From NCBI RefSeq assembly GCF_000008625.1, contig NC_000918.1, forward strand, positions 870,001 to 902,000: a stretch of 32,000 bases of DNA, given 5' to 3'. Positions 19,207 through 28,407 of this stretch are shown piece by piece. Made by a program: the position numbers and the translations under genes. The stretch is from Aquifex aeolicus VF5. Its GTDB lineage: Bacteria; Aquificota; Aquificia; Aquificales; Aquificaceae. The notes under the pieces were generated by a model. That model was not told the DNA's origin, did not search any database, and worked only from the letters and a program-made list of their open reading frames with translations. How positions within the stretch are numbered: position 1 is the stretch's first letter; every line of letters begins with the position of its first letter.

Positions 19207-20514
19207 ATGAAAAGATTTGTGGCGCTCTCAATGGCCATCTTCAGTCTTTCTTTTGCCCAAGACGTGGATGAGAAAATCAAGGCTTTGGAAGAACAAATTG
19301 AGAGCCTCCAAAAGGAGCTCCAGGAACTGAAGAAAGCAAAGGAAGAGACGGAAGTTTTAAAAGAAGAGTTCAGGAAATTGAGACTGGAAATCGTTATGCC
19401 TGAAGCTTACAAACCTTACGCAGGTCTTGGACCTGCAGCCTCAAAGGTTTATCAAGTAAAGAAAGGTGTTTCCATAGGCGGATACGGAGAACTCCACTAC
19501 ATAAACAATCCGGATAATGATCCAAGTTCCATAATAGATCTCAAGAGGTTAATCCTGTACTTCGGTTACTCTTTCACTGAAAATTTAAAATTTAATTCTG
19601 AGATTGAGATTGAGCACGCATTTGTAGAAGGTGGAGAGGAAAGCGGTGAACTTGCAGTAGAATTCGCTTATCTGGATTACAACTTTTCTCCTAAGTTCGG
19701 ACTTAGAGGCGGTATGCTCCTTATACCAGTAGGAATTGTAAACGAACTCCACGAGCCACCTACATTTCCTACCGTTGATAGACCATATCTTGAGAGAAAC
19801 ATAATCCCTACAACATGGAGTGAAAATGGTATTGGTATTTACGGAGACACGGACCTTATATCTTACAGGGCTTACATAGTAAACGGTATGAAGGCGGAAG
19901 AGGGAGAGTTTAAAGCATCTGCTCCATTGAAAAAACTCAGACAAAATGGTGGGGAGGCAGTTTCCGACTCTCTCGCTTTTACAGGAAGAATAGACTTTAA
20001 GCTTCCCAATAACTTAACTGTAGGAGCTTCTACCTTCATATCGGGCGTTCAGAATGAAGACGGTAAAAACTTAGGGAATATTTACCTGTTTTCTCCGCAC
20101 CTCTGGTGGCAGTATGCGGGATGGGATGTAAGGTTCGTAGGAGCTTACGCCACGGTAAGTGATGCGGAAAAGATTACCCTTGAACTTTCTTCCGCAACTT
20201 GTGACAAAAGCACGTGTAACGTCTTTCCAAAGAGAATGCAGGGCTTTTACCTGCAAGTCGCTTACAACATCCTGAGACACTTTGATACAGAGCAAGAGCT
20301 CTACGTATTCGGAGTGTATGAAAATTACGACACGCACGCGTCTGTGCCCTCGGGATATGAAAAACCAAAGGGCTCCGAGGTTCAGATATTCAACTTCGGT
20401 ATTTCTTACAAACCTCACCCTCTTGTGGCTCTAAAGGCGGATTATGTCAGGGAAGATTACAAAGATAAAAAGGACAACGATATTTACAGAGCGGCTATAA
20501 CTTGGATGTTCTAA
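19207..20514 (+). CDS. Outer-membrane beta-barrel porin with an N-terminal coiled-coil segment
   Basis: Signal peptide MKRFVALSMAIFSLSFAQ, then coiled coil KIKALEEQIESLQKELQELKKAKEE, then about 370 aa of alternating beta-strand-like sequence ending in the OMP signature ...YRAAITWMF (terminal Phe). ATG 19207 lies 6 nt after AAGGAGG. Confidence 0.6.
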   Translation: MKRFVALSMAIFSLSFAQDVDEKIKALEEQIESLQKELQELKKAKEETEVLKEEFRKLRLEIVMPEAYKPYAGLGPAASKVYQVKKGVSIGGYGELHYINNPDNDPSSIIDLKRLILYFGYSFTENLKFNSEIEIEHAFVEGGEESGELAVEFAYLDYNFSPKFGLRGGMLLIPVGIVNELHEPPTFPTVDRPYLERNIIPTTWSENGIGIYGDTDLISYRAYIVNGMKAEEGEFKASAPLKKLRQNGGEAVSDSLAFTGRIDFKLPNNLTVGASTFISGVQNEDGKNLGNIYLFSPHLWWQYAGWDVRFVGAYATVSDAEKITLELSSATCDKSTCNVFPKRMQGFYLQVAYNILRHFDTEQELYVFGVYENYDTHASVPSGYEKPKGSEVQIFNFGISYKPHPLVALKADYVREDYKDKKDNDIYRAAITWMF

Positions 20515-20579
20515 AAACCCCTGCGAGGAGGAGCGTGGGGAGGTGGGGCTTCCTTTAGTCTTTTTAGAGAGGTACAAGG

Positions 20580-22274
20580 ATGAGGAGAATTGGAGCCATA
20601 ACAGCACTCTCCCTGCCGGTTCTTTTATCACTTTTGTACTCATGCGGAACAGGAGGAAGTGCAAGTAAAGAAGAAATCTTATCTAAAAAGGAACACAACC
20701 CCGAGCCCAACATACCTCTTGAATGTTATACGGACACAGGAGTGGTAAAACTCGGAAAGGCGATAGCCAATCCCTGTTATGTGTGCCATACAAAAGCTCT
20801 AACTCCCTACGAAAACGAAGTTGACGACTTTGACCTGCAACTCGTTTACGATTTTCCGGAAGAAATAAAAGAAATGGGAAATCCATGGCTCAATGCCATT
20901 AAACCAGAGCTAACCATAGGAAGTGTACCTATGCCTTCCGACGAAGAAATTAAAACGTGGATAAGACAGGACAACTGGAGTAAAGCCTATGCAGAAAAAG
21001 GAAAAGGAGAACTCGTTTACTTTCCCGATATACCACCCATATACAAATACGAAAACGGTTCTTACGAACTTATAAACGTTGATAAAGAAGGCTTTGTAAG
21101 GGACCCCGAAACGGGTGAGTATACTGGATGGCGTGTGTTTAAGTGGAAACCTTTTCCCGGATTTTTCCCCACAAACGGGAGGATAGACTCAACCTTTATA
21201 AGGCTTCCTGAAAAGTTCAGAAAGAAGAACGGAGAGTTTGATTTAAACCTTTACAAAAAGAACCTCGCAATTCTTGAGTGTGCGATGAAAGGCGTAGCTC
21301 CCGGAGAAACCTGCTCGGGAACTGAAGTAGGAGACTTTATCATGCCTTTCCGCTACGAAGGTGATGCCTCAGACGTAGAAGTCGTAGTGTACCAGTATCC
21401 TCCCGGAACGGAATTTGCACATCCCCTTTACTACCTAGATCCCGAAAACACGCTTTCCTTTAAATCATTGAGGATTAAGGAAATGAGGTATATGAAGAAG
21501 CTTGCTTACGCGGATACGAGAACGGGCACGGGAGAAGAAGAGGAGGAAGAGGGCACATTCTTCTGGGATAAGGGCAGATTTTTTAACGACAGCGGATACT
21601 GGGAAATGAGGGCATTTATAGAAGATAAAAATGGATACCTCAGACCCCAGTCTCCCGAAGAGAGCAAGTTCTGCATAGCCTGCCACGGAGGTATAGGCGG
21701 AACCGTTGACGGCACATTTACCCTCTGGAGGAAGATTCCCGGAGAGGAAGGCTGGAAGGAACAGGATTACAAAAACATAAAGGATTACAGGTATAAAGCT
21801 ATTACATGTGAAAATCTGGATAGCCTTGAAATGGGAGAGGAAGTGAAGAAAGCCCTTGAGGCTTACTGTTCCAAAGTGGGCGAATCACCGGGAGAATACA
21901 CCGTGTACTTTGCACTCACTGCGGGTGGGGACCACTTCAGGAGCAACTATGAAATACTCCAAGATATAAGTGTGGACGGAAAAGTGGATCTGGAACTCCT
22001 CTATAATCCCGAGAAGATAAAATTCATTGATAACAGTGGATTTATAAAACCTGAACTCTTCTTCCCTGAGCCAGAAAGAGCCTACGGTATAGACAAGCAG
22101 TACTACAGGATAGTTAAAGCACAGGCATTCATTTACGGAAGGGATGTATTTGAGAAGGCGTTTGGCATATCAAGCGGTGGAAATTCCCTGGAAGAATTGG
22201 ATAATTTAGAAAGTACAGGTGTTAAGGAGTCGGGAATATGGAACTTCGTGAAAAACTTCCTCTCTTCAGAATGA
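20580..22274 (+). CDS. Lipoprotein dihaem c-type cytochrome, no recognisable family
   Basis: 564 aa. The signal peptide plus Cys is MRRIGAITALSLPVLLSLLYSCGTGG. Two CxxCH haem c motifs are present: CYVCH (nt 20775-20789) and CIACH (nt 21672-21686). An acidic GTGEEEEEEG tract lies between them. Confidence 0.7.
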   Translation: MRRIGAITALSLPVLLSLLYSCGTGGSASKEEILSKKEHNPEPNIPLECYTDTGVVKLGKAIANPCYVCHTKALTPYENEVDDFDLQLVYDFPEEIKEMGNPWLNAIKPELTIGSVPMPSDEEIKTWIRQDNWSKAYAEKGKGELVYFPDIPPIYKYENGSYELINVDKEGFVRDPETGEYTGWRVFKWKPFPGFFPTNGRIDSTFIRLPEKFRKKNGEFDLNLYKKNLAILECAMKGVAPGETCSGTEVGDFIMPFRYEGDASDVEVVVYQYPPGTEFAHPLYYLDPENTLSFKSLRIKEMRYMKKLAYADTRTGTGEEEEEEGTFFWDKGRFFNDSGYWEMRAFIEDKNGYLRPQSPEESKFCIACHGGIGGTVDGTFTLWRKIPGEEGWKEQDYKNIKDYRYKAITCENLDSLEMGEEVKKALEAYCSKVGESPGEYTVYFALTAGGDHFRSNYEILQDISVDGKVDLELLYNPEKIKFIDNSGFIKPELFFPEPERAYGIDKQYYRIVKAQAFIYGRDVFEKAFGISSGGNSLEELDNLESTGVKESGIWNFVKNFLSSE

Positions 22275-22792
22275 GCACACTTTTAGCCATTCTTTTCCTC
22301 CTCCCTTTTTACACATTTTCTCTGAATAAAAAACCCGAAGAAGTTTTAAAGGGACTCTACCCTTCCGCGGAAATTGAAGTGGAGGACATTATCCTCACCG
22401 AAGAACAAGTAAAGGAAGTGGAAAAGCTCTCCGGAACGAAATTAAATACGCGCTTCGTAACCTTTTACATAGTTAAGAAAGATGGGAAGGTACTGGCTTA
22501 CGGATACGTGGATATACACAGGGTCAGGACAAAACCCGAAGCTGTGCTTTATGTAATATCTCCCAAAGGAAAAATTGAATTAATTGAGGTCCTTGCCTTT
22601 CACGAACCCCTTGAGTACCTTCCTCCCAAAAACTGGCTGAAACTCTTCGAAGGAAAGGACATAAACGCACCACTAAGAGTAAAGAAGGACATCCCGAACG
22701 TCACGGGTGCAACGCTAACCGCCCGAGCAATAACAAAGAATGCCAAAAAGGTTCTCGCCCTCTGGCAAGTTCTATTCGGAGGAAAAGAATGA
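22271..22792 (+). CDS. Exported FMN-binding-domain protein (NosR/RnfG/NqrC-type FMN_bind) with a predicted ApbE flavinylation site
   Basis: The ATG at 22271 overlaps the cytochrome stop (ATGA). The signal/anchor is [18 protein letters not shown]. The body resembles the periplasmic FMN domain of NosR (LYPSAEIE...AYGYVD...[10 protein letters not shown]...F.GK). The C-terminal [15 protein letters not shown] matches the [S/T]GA[T/S] flavinylation motif; the Thr codon is at 22712-22714. Confidence 0.7.
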
Positions 22793-23709
22793 GGTTCTTA
22801 ATAAGCGGTAGTATAAAGAAGAATAAACCCCTCCTTTACATAGTTTCTTTTTTACTTTTATTTGAACTCTTATTCTGGTTTTTCAACTGGTTTTATTACG
22901 ACGCGGTTTTTGGACTATCTCCTGAAAAACTGAGGGAGTTCTTCTTCGGTCCCCCTGACTATCCAGAAAAGATAGAAATTTCCTCCTTGCTTCAAGAGGT
23001 TCATATATTTTTCTTCATTAACTTTTTTGCTTACTTTGTGCTATCATCACTCCTTAATCTGTTTCCCGTTAAATTCAAGAATTCAGTAATAATTCTCGGA
23101 TTTTCCTTCTTAACCCTTGAAGTTCTATCAAACTTTCTTATTTATTTCACGGAAAACTTTATAACACTCAAGCTCATTTTATTTCTACTGTTTCAGGTAA
23201 TTTTCTTTACCACTTTAATTTTTAGCGTTTACGGATTAATTTACGAGAAGGAAAAAACGGACTACGACTTTTTAAAGACTCTAATAGTTATATTCGCAAT
23301 TTTCAGCATACTATTTACTTTTCTAAATTTTTTTCTCTTTAAGGAGAAGTTAGGTCTTTTCTATTCAGATATAAGGGATTACTACCTCGGAAATCCAGAA
23401 AAATTTGCAAGACCCAAAACCTTTGAAGGTTTAATTAAAGTCTTTCATCCTCACTTAATCAGCATTACAGCCTTTTACTTTGCCTTAGCCCATTTTTTGC
23501 TTTTTATACCTCTTAAATACAAAGCCCTTTTAATGGTTTTATTGATTTTAATTCCTTTAACTGAAACTTCCGCGGGATTTTTTATACGCTACTTTGGTGA
23601 AAGCTTTGTTTACTTAAAACTCCTTTCTTTTTACTTAATGATTTTTATAACATTTCTCAGTGCATTTTTACTGATAAAGGAAGGGATTAAAAAGCGGGAG
23701 CACGCCTGA
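22789..23709 (+). CDS. Uncharacterised polytopic membrane protein (about 8 TM, internal 2 x 4-TM duplication)
   Basis: 306 aa with an ATGA overlap onto the upstream gene. It is extremely F/L/I-rich with about 8 hydrophobic spans. Two related loops, [19 protein letters not shown]...LLQEVH and [19 protein letters not shown]...LIKVFHPH, each precede a TM helix. I recognise no family. Confidence 0.55.
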
Positions 23710-25354
23710 CAGCCCTGAAGGACTCAAAGATTATAAACATTTCAAGGAGCAGTATTATAAAGCTAACGGAAAAGAGGAGTAAGTCTCCCTTCATTAAGTT
23801 GTTCCAAGCGTTCATAGCCATGGCGAGGGAAGTTATAAAGAGAACGAAAATCATGGGAATCAGGATAGGGAGAGTAGGCCTGTTTACCCTTTTTAGGTAA
23901 AGGTATCCTATCAGGAGAGCGAGCCCAGCGAGAAGCTGGTTTGCAGCACCGAAAACGGGCCAGAAAACCATACCACCCTTCCCGCCTTCTTTGGAAAGAA
24001 CAAGAGCCATGGACGTCAGTACCGCAACTCCGGAAGCTACCCAAGGGTTCGTAAGCAAACGCACCCCGTATATCTCTCCGAGCTCTCCGAGGATATACCT
24101 CTGTATCCTCACGCTCGTGTCCATAGTAGTTGCTGCAAAGAGAACAACAAGAGTGGCAATTACAGTTTTCCCGAAGTCTACGGGAATGCCGACGGCACCG
24201 AGCAGATTAGCCCCGCCGTCAACTACTGCAACGAGACTTGAGGACTTTATGGAGGACCACGAAGAGTAGAGTTCCTGGAACTTTTCAGCGGAAAACATGG
24301 CTATTCCCGCAGTGGTTGCGATTATAACCGCAAGGGCGAGGGAGCTTTCACCCATAAATCCGAGATACCCGACCGCCCTCGCGTCGCTCTCCTTTTCAAG
24401 CTGTTTTGATGAAGTTCCCGAAGACACCAAAGCGTGAAAACCACTCAGCGCCCCGCAGGCTATCGTTATAAACAGAAACGGGAATATAGGCGGTGCTCCC
24501 TCCGGATTTAAATTAACCGCAGGGGCTACTATCTTAGGATTTGCAATTACCGCACCGATGTAGAGTAAAATAAGAAGGATAAGGAGTTGCAAACCGTTTA
24601 AGAAGTCCCTCGGCTGGAGCAAAACCCAAACGGGCAGAGATGAGGCAAAAAAGGCGTAAGTAAAGAGAACGATTATCCACAACATTATGGGAGAAAGTCC
24701 CAGAGACTCTGCTAAAGGCTTTACATCTATCGGGGATACACTCCCGAGGTAAATACCAAAATACAGGATACTCAGAAAAATTACCGTAAGGATTAAGAAG
24801 TTCACCCTTAGCCTGTAAACGCTAAAACCGAAAATCACGGCGAGTGGAATTACAAGCCACGCGGGAAGCACACTTGAGGGATACTTTACAAAGAGAAGGG
24901 AAATCACGTAAGCGAAAACCGCGTTAACGAGTATCGCAAGGGCAAGCAGGAGGAGTAAAAATAAGACCCTCGCCTTTTCTCCTGCGTATTCACCGAGGAT
25001 AGTCCCGATGGACTTTCCTTTATGTCTTATAGACGTTACAAGAGCGGTAAAGTCGTGAACTCCACCGATGAATACAGCTCCCAGAACCACCCACAAAAAG
25101 GCAGGAAGCCATCCCCATATAACAGCTATTGCAGGTCCCACAATAGGTCCCGCTCCCGTTATAGAAGTAAAGTGGTGTCCGAGAAGTATCCACTTGTTCG
25201 TAGGAACGTAATCAACCCCGTCGTTTATTTCCTTTGCAGGAGTAGGTCTTGAATCGTCAAGCTGAAAAATCTTTTCTGCCAGATACTTTGAGTAAACGAA
25301 GTAACCGAAAGCGTAAAGAAGGAAAGCAATCCCTATTAACGGAAGGGCATGCAT
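23687..25354 (-). CDS. cstA: Carbon starvation protein A family transporter (CstA)
   Basis: 555-aa polytopic protein. The N-terminus [32 protein letters not shown]...[27 protein letters not shown] is the CstA signature. Confidence 0.9.
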
Positions 25355-25381
25355 ACCTAAATATTGTATATTGATTATTTA

Positions 25382-25717
25382 ATGGAACTTCAGATACTGC
25401 TCATTCTTATAATAGCTTTTATATTTCTCGGACCCGAAGGTATGCTCAACGTTGCCACAAAACTCGGCGAACTCGCCCGTCAGGCGAGGGAATTAATAGA
25501 CCAGCTCAGAATGGAAGCTTATATGGAAGAATTTAATAAAAAAATCCTTGAAGAAGAAAAAAGAATGAAAGAGGAAGAAGCACCTCCCGAGGACATAGCC
25601 GAGGAATTAAAGGAGGAGCTAGAAGACGTTTTAGAAGAAGAAAAGGAGGAGAAGAAGGAAGATGAGTCAGGAAAAACTCCCGGAAATGCCTCTAACGGAA
25701 CATCTGAGAGAGCTTAG
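25382..25717 (+). CDS. Twin-arginine translocase TatA/TatB-family protein (TatB-like) with a long acidic tail
   Basis: MELQILLILIIAFIFLGPEGMLNVATKLGELARQARELIDQLR shows the TM helix, the hinge FLGPE and the amphipathic helix typical of TatA/B. The C-terminal ~60 aa are E/K-rich. It sits directly upstream of tatC. The track start at 25364 is also possible. Confidence 0.75.
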   Translation: MELQILLILIIAFIFLGPEGMLNVATKLGELARQARELIDQLRMEAYMEEFNKKILEEEKRMKEEEAPPEDIAEELKEELEDVLEEEKEEKKEDESGKTPGNASNGTSERA

Positions 25718-26408
25718 GTATCGTTTAATAATATCTATAATTGCCTTCCTTATAGGCTCCGGGATAGCCTTTTACTTTGCAAAGTACGTGTTTGAAATTT
25801 TAAAAGAACCCATCCTGAAGTCCTACCCCGAAGTGGAATTAATAACTCTATCTCCCACAGAACCTCTCTTTATACTCATAAAGATATCTTTAGCGGTTGG
25901 ATTTATAATCGCCTCTCCCGTAATACTTTACCAGTTCTGGCGTTTTATAGAGCCAGCCCTTTACTCCCATGAAAAAAGAGCTTTTATCCCGCTGCTTCTT
26001 GGTTCAATACTTCTCTTTATGCTTGGTGCATTGTTTGCCTACTTTATTGTCCTGCCTTTAGCCCTTAAGTTCTTGCTCGGCCTTGGATTTACTCAGCTCC
26101 TTGCAACTCCTTACCTTTCAGTTGATATGTACATAAGCTTTGTCCTTAAACTTGTTGTGGCCTTCGGCATAGCTTTTGAGATGCCCATAGTCCTTTACGT
26201 TCTACAAAAAGCAGGAGTAATCACCCCCGAGCAGTTAGCGAGTTTCAGAAAGTACTTCATAGTTATAGCCTTCGTGATAGGTGCGATAATCGCTCCGGAT
26301 GTTTCCACACAGGTTTTGATGGCTATTCCTCTTCTTCTCCTGTACGAGATATCCATCTTCCTTGGAAAACTGGCTACGAGGAAGAAGAAGGAAATTCAAA
26401 AGGCATAA
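25686..26408 (+). CDS. tatC: Twin-arginine translocase subunit TatC
   Basis: MPLTEHLRELRYRLIISIIAF..., 6 TM, with PLFILIKISL and FEMPIVLYVL blocks. It corresponds to the 240-aa A. aeolicus TatC as I remember it. The alternative upstream ATG at 25662 would add 8 aa. Confidence 0.93.
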   Translation: MPLTEHLRELRYRLIISIIAFLIGSGIAFYFAKYVFEILKEPILKSYPEVELITLSPTEPLFILIKISLAVGFIIASPVILYQFWRFIEPALYSHEKRAFIPLLLGSILLFMLGALFAYFIVLPLALKFLLGLGFTQLLATPYLSVDMYISFVLKLVVAFGIAFEMPIVLYVLQKAGVITPEQLASFRKYFIVIAFVIGAIIAPDVSTQVLMAIPLLLLYEISIFLGKLATRKKKEIQKA

Positions 26409-26479
26409 GCTTTTTTTAATATTCTTATTAAATAAGGTTATATATAACAGAGCTCATAATAGGTTTTAATAAATATGTC

Positions 26480-28297
26480 ATGAAAAGAGCCGAGGAGGTA
26501 CCCGGAATTACCGTGAGTTTCAGCATCAAATTTCCCTTTTTAATGTGGTTTAAAAACTACTCAAAGGAAGGTTTCATAAGGGATTTAATAGCAGGTATCA
26601 CTGTAGCGGCGGTTTACGTTCCCCAGTCAATGGCTTACGCAATGCTCGCGGGAATGCCGCCCATCCACGGTCTTTACGTCGCCTTCATAGCAACGATAGT
26701 CGCAGCGATCTTCGGAAGTTCGCGGTACCTTAACACAGGTCCCGTTGCAATGACATGCCTTCTTTCGGCGTCCGTTCTGTACGGAATAGGCTTTGAACCT
26801 CAGACACCCGAATGGATAAAGTACATGGCACTCCTCGCCCTTATGGTGGGACTCATAAGGTTAACGGTAGGGCTTTTTAAGCTGGGTTTTATCGTGGATC
26901 TCATATCAAACAGCGTAGTCGTGGGTTTTACCGCAGCGGGTGCTCTCGTTATAGCCCTTTCCCAGTTCAAACACTTCTTCGGATACGAAGTAAAGAGTTC
27001 CACACACATATTCGAGGTTGTTATGGATCTTGTAAGCAAAATAGAGATGACCAACCCCTACACCCTTGCTATCGGAGTCCTCGCCTACTTCCTCATCTGG
27101 GGTTCTAGGAGAATAAGCGTATACCTTCCCGGTGCTTTAATAGCTGTTGTAGTTACTTCCTTACTCGTTTACTGGTACAAGCTTTACGATAAAGGTGTTG
27201 CGATAGTGGGAGAAGTTCCACAGGGTCTTCCTTCTCCAGAACCGCCACCCCTTGACTTTGCCATGATGAGCAAGATGTGGGGTGGAGCTTTCGTCGTTGC
27301 GTTTTTTGGATTAATTGAAGCTGTGGCAATAGCAAAAACCCTCGCCATAAGGGTTGGTGACAAGTGGGATCCCAATCAGGAACTTATTGGTCAGGGTCTT
27401 GCAAACGTAGCTGTTTCCTTCTTTAAAGGCTTTCCAGCCGGTGGTTCTTTCTCCCGTTCCTCCCTTAACTTTGCACTTGGTGCTGTTTCCCCGCTTGCAA
27501 GTGTGATATCTGGTGCACTTGTTGGACTAACGCTATTTTTATTTGCTCCTGCCTTCTACTATCTTCCTAAAGCTACTCTCGCTGCAATAGTCCTTTCCGC
27601 AGTTGTTAACCTAATAAGACCTCAGGATATTCTAAAACTTTACAGGATAAACAAAATAGACGGTGTGGTTGCAGGACTCACCTTTTTATCCGTATTCTTT
27701 ATGGATCTTTGGGTGGCTATCACCTTGGGAGTTCTCCTGTCCTTGGGAAGCTTTGTTTACAAGACTATGTACCCGCGTATAGTAACCTTAACAAGGGATC
27801 CCGTTACGAGAACCTTTGTAAATGCTGAGAAGAGAGGTCTGCCTGAGTGTCCCCAGATAATGTTCATAAGACCTAACATGTCCATATACTTCGGAAACGC
27901 CCAGTACGTCTACGACTACATAATGAACAAGGTGGAAGATGCCCTGTTTAATGGAAGACCCCTTAAGTTCGTCCTAATAGACATGGAAGCCGTTAACTAC
28001 GTTGACGCTACAGGTGCGGAAACAATAGTGAGGCTTGTGAAAGACATAAAACAGAAGGGAGTAGAAGTCGCTTTTGCAAACATAGGTTGTGACGTTTACC
28101 CAATCCTCGAAAACGCGGGATTCGACGAAGTAGTTAATCAGGATCTTGTATTCAACGCAAAAGGAGAAGCCATCGGAAAACTCTTTGAAAAGCTCGATCA
28201 CGATTACTGCCGAGAAAAGTGTCCTTACGCTGTATTTGACGAGTGTCTTGAGGTGAAACCGCCCGAAAAAGTTCAGGAGTTAAAGAAAGCGTCTTGA
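26480..28297 (+). CDS. SulP-family anion (sulfate/bicarbonate) permease with a C-terminal STAS domain
   Basis: 605 aa. DLIAGITVAAVYVPQSMAYAMLAGMPPIHGLY is the SulP N-terminal signature. The C-terminal STAS is FVLIDMEAVNYVDATGAETIVRLVKDIKQKGVEVAFANI. The start could instead be ATG 26543 (MWFKNY). Confidence 0.9.
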   Translation: MKRAEEVPGITVSFSIKFPFLMWFKNYSKEGFIRDLIAGITVAAVYVPQSMAYAMLAGMPPIHGLYVAFIATIVAAIFGSSRYLNTGPVAMTCLLSASVLYGIGFEPQTPEWIKYMALLALMVGLIRLTVGLFKLGFIVDLISNSVVVGFTAAGALVIALSQFKHFFGYEVKSSTHIFEVVMDLVSKIEMTNPYTLAIGVLAYFLIWGSRRISVYLPGALIAVVVTSLLVYWYKLYDKGVAIVGEVPQGLPSPEPPPLDFAMMSKMWGGAFVVAFFGLIEAVAIAKTLAIRVGDKWDPNQELIGQGLANVAVSFFKGFPAGGSFSRSSLNFALGAVSPLASVISGALVGLTLFLFAPAFYYLPKATLAAIVLSAVVNLIRPQDILKLYRINKIDGVVAGLTFLSVFFMDLWVAITLGVLLSLGSFVYKTMYPRIVTLTRDPVTRTFVNAEKRGLPECPQIMFIRPNMSIYFGNAQYVYDYIMNKVEDALFNGRPLKFVLIDMEAVNYVDATGAETIVRLVKDIKQKGVEVAFANIGCDVYPILENAGFDEVVNQDLVFNAKGEAIGKLFEKLDHDYCREKCPYAVFDECLEVKPPEKVQELKKAS

Positions 28298-28298
28298 T

Positions 28299-28385
28299 TG
28301 GTGCGGGTGGCGGGAGTCGAACCCGCACGCCCTTGCGGGCACCGGATCCTGAGTCCGGCGCGTCTGCCAGTTCCGCCACACCCGC
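28299..28385 (-). tRNA. tRNA-Leu (anticodon CAG), type II with a long variable arm and an encoded CCA
   Basis: The minus strand reads GCGGGTG-TG-GCGGAACTGGCAGACGC-G-CCGGA-CTCAGGA-TCCGG-TGCCCGCAAGGGCGT-GCGGG-TTCGACT-CCCGC-CACCCGC-ACCA. It has a 7-bp acceptor, 5-bp anticodon stem, loop CU-CAG-GA, 4-bp variable-arm stem and a TTCGA T-loop. Confidence 0.92.
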
Positions 28386-28407
28386 TACTTATATAAAATT
28401 TTATACC

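Noticed and set aside
20515-20579. Possible rho-independent terminator between the porin and cytochrome genes (CCCC...GGGG and GGAGG...CTTCC followed by a T-rich stretch).
   Set aside because: The stems are short and imperfect, and the T tract is interrupted. I cannot support a terminator call without folding energies.
28152-28379. 75-aa minus-strand ORF, plus the first ~38 codons of the plus-strand ORF starting at 28294.
   Set aside because: Both overlap the tRNA-Leu gene and the SulP 3' end. The reading frames are a by-product of GC-rich tRNA sequence. Only the part of the plus-strand ORF from GTG 28408 looks like real methyltransferase coding sequence.
28299-28385. tRNA-Leu as a possible integration site for a genomic island, given the broken methyltransferase next to it.
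   Set aside because: There is no integrase, no phage or plasmid genes and no compositional shift. I saw no duplicated copy of the tRNA 3' end nearby. The flanking genes are ordinary housekeeping genes.
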